Origin: the human T2T-CHM13v2.0 reference genome, Homo sapiens
Assembly: GCF_009914755.1 (NCBI RefSeq)
Contig: NC_060926.1
DNA: 64,000 nt
Strand: one strand, 5' to 3'
Shown here: in pieces, positions 1 to 64,000 of the stretch
Position numbering within the stretch: position 1 is the stretch's first letter
How the letters are laid out: each line of letters begins with the position of its first letter
Translations under genes and position numbers: made by a program
Notes under the pieces: model-generated
Seen by the model: the letters and a program-made list of their open reading frames with translations, nothing else
Told to the model about the DNA's origin: nothing
The model's database searches: none

Positions 1-63662
<63,662 letters not shown>

Positions 63663-64000
63663 GTGGGTGGGGGGCTTCCACAAGCTGGTAACAGCTCAAG
63701 CATGGTGAGGGTGAAGGTGGATGGGGGGAAAGAATGAGAGAAGAACCCCTTTCTCTCAAGGAGACAGCCAGGGGCATGGACTCCTTCCCTTTTCAGAGGT
63801 TGGGGTCTAACCCCAAGGAAACCTTATTTTATATGGAATCAGCCCAGAAGGGCCTCAGGTCTGAAGGAGGGAAGGCTGTTCCCTCACCACTACATGGGAC
63901 ACTCCTTGGTGGAATTGTCTAATGTCTCCCCACTACTATCCGGGACATTTTCTGGTGGTGGCAGCCAGGTGGCCCCCAGGCTGGGCACTGCCTTCTGAGC

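Overview
Human (primate) genomic DNA from the middle of PLB1 (phospholipase B1, a membrane GDSL/SGNH lipase, which I recall lies at 2p23). The + strand carries 29 consecutive coding exons, roughly exons 10-38 and codons ~188-891. Exon and residue numbers are inferred from the recalled reference protein. All splice GT-AG into one uninterrupted frame covering the end of repeat I, all of catalytic repeat II (GDSL Ser, GGND, DCFH) and the first half of repeat III. Introns hold about 33 Alu copies or fragments, degenerate L1s, MIR/L2, two MER5A, one Tigger4-type transposon, a ~35-bp C-rich VNTR and microsatellites. Most notable points: (1) an intronic alternative last exon with AATAAA that would cut PLB1 just after the catalytic repeat; together with the ATG opening exon 15 it defines a nested 488-codon catalytic-domain-only ORF; (2) a CTCF motif just downstream of that poly(A) signal; (3) a recursive-type AG|GTAAGA splice site; (4) exon-for-exon conservation between repeats, with catalytic-motif loss in repeats I and III; (5) an Alu-spacer-Alu unit enclosed by one TSD; (6) a local duplication of an Alu/L1 junction. 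Nearly all ORFs in the supplied six-frame track are spurious. No prokaryote-type system, CRISPR array or RNA gene is supported.
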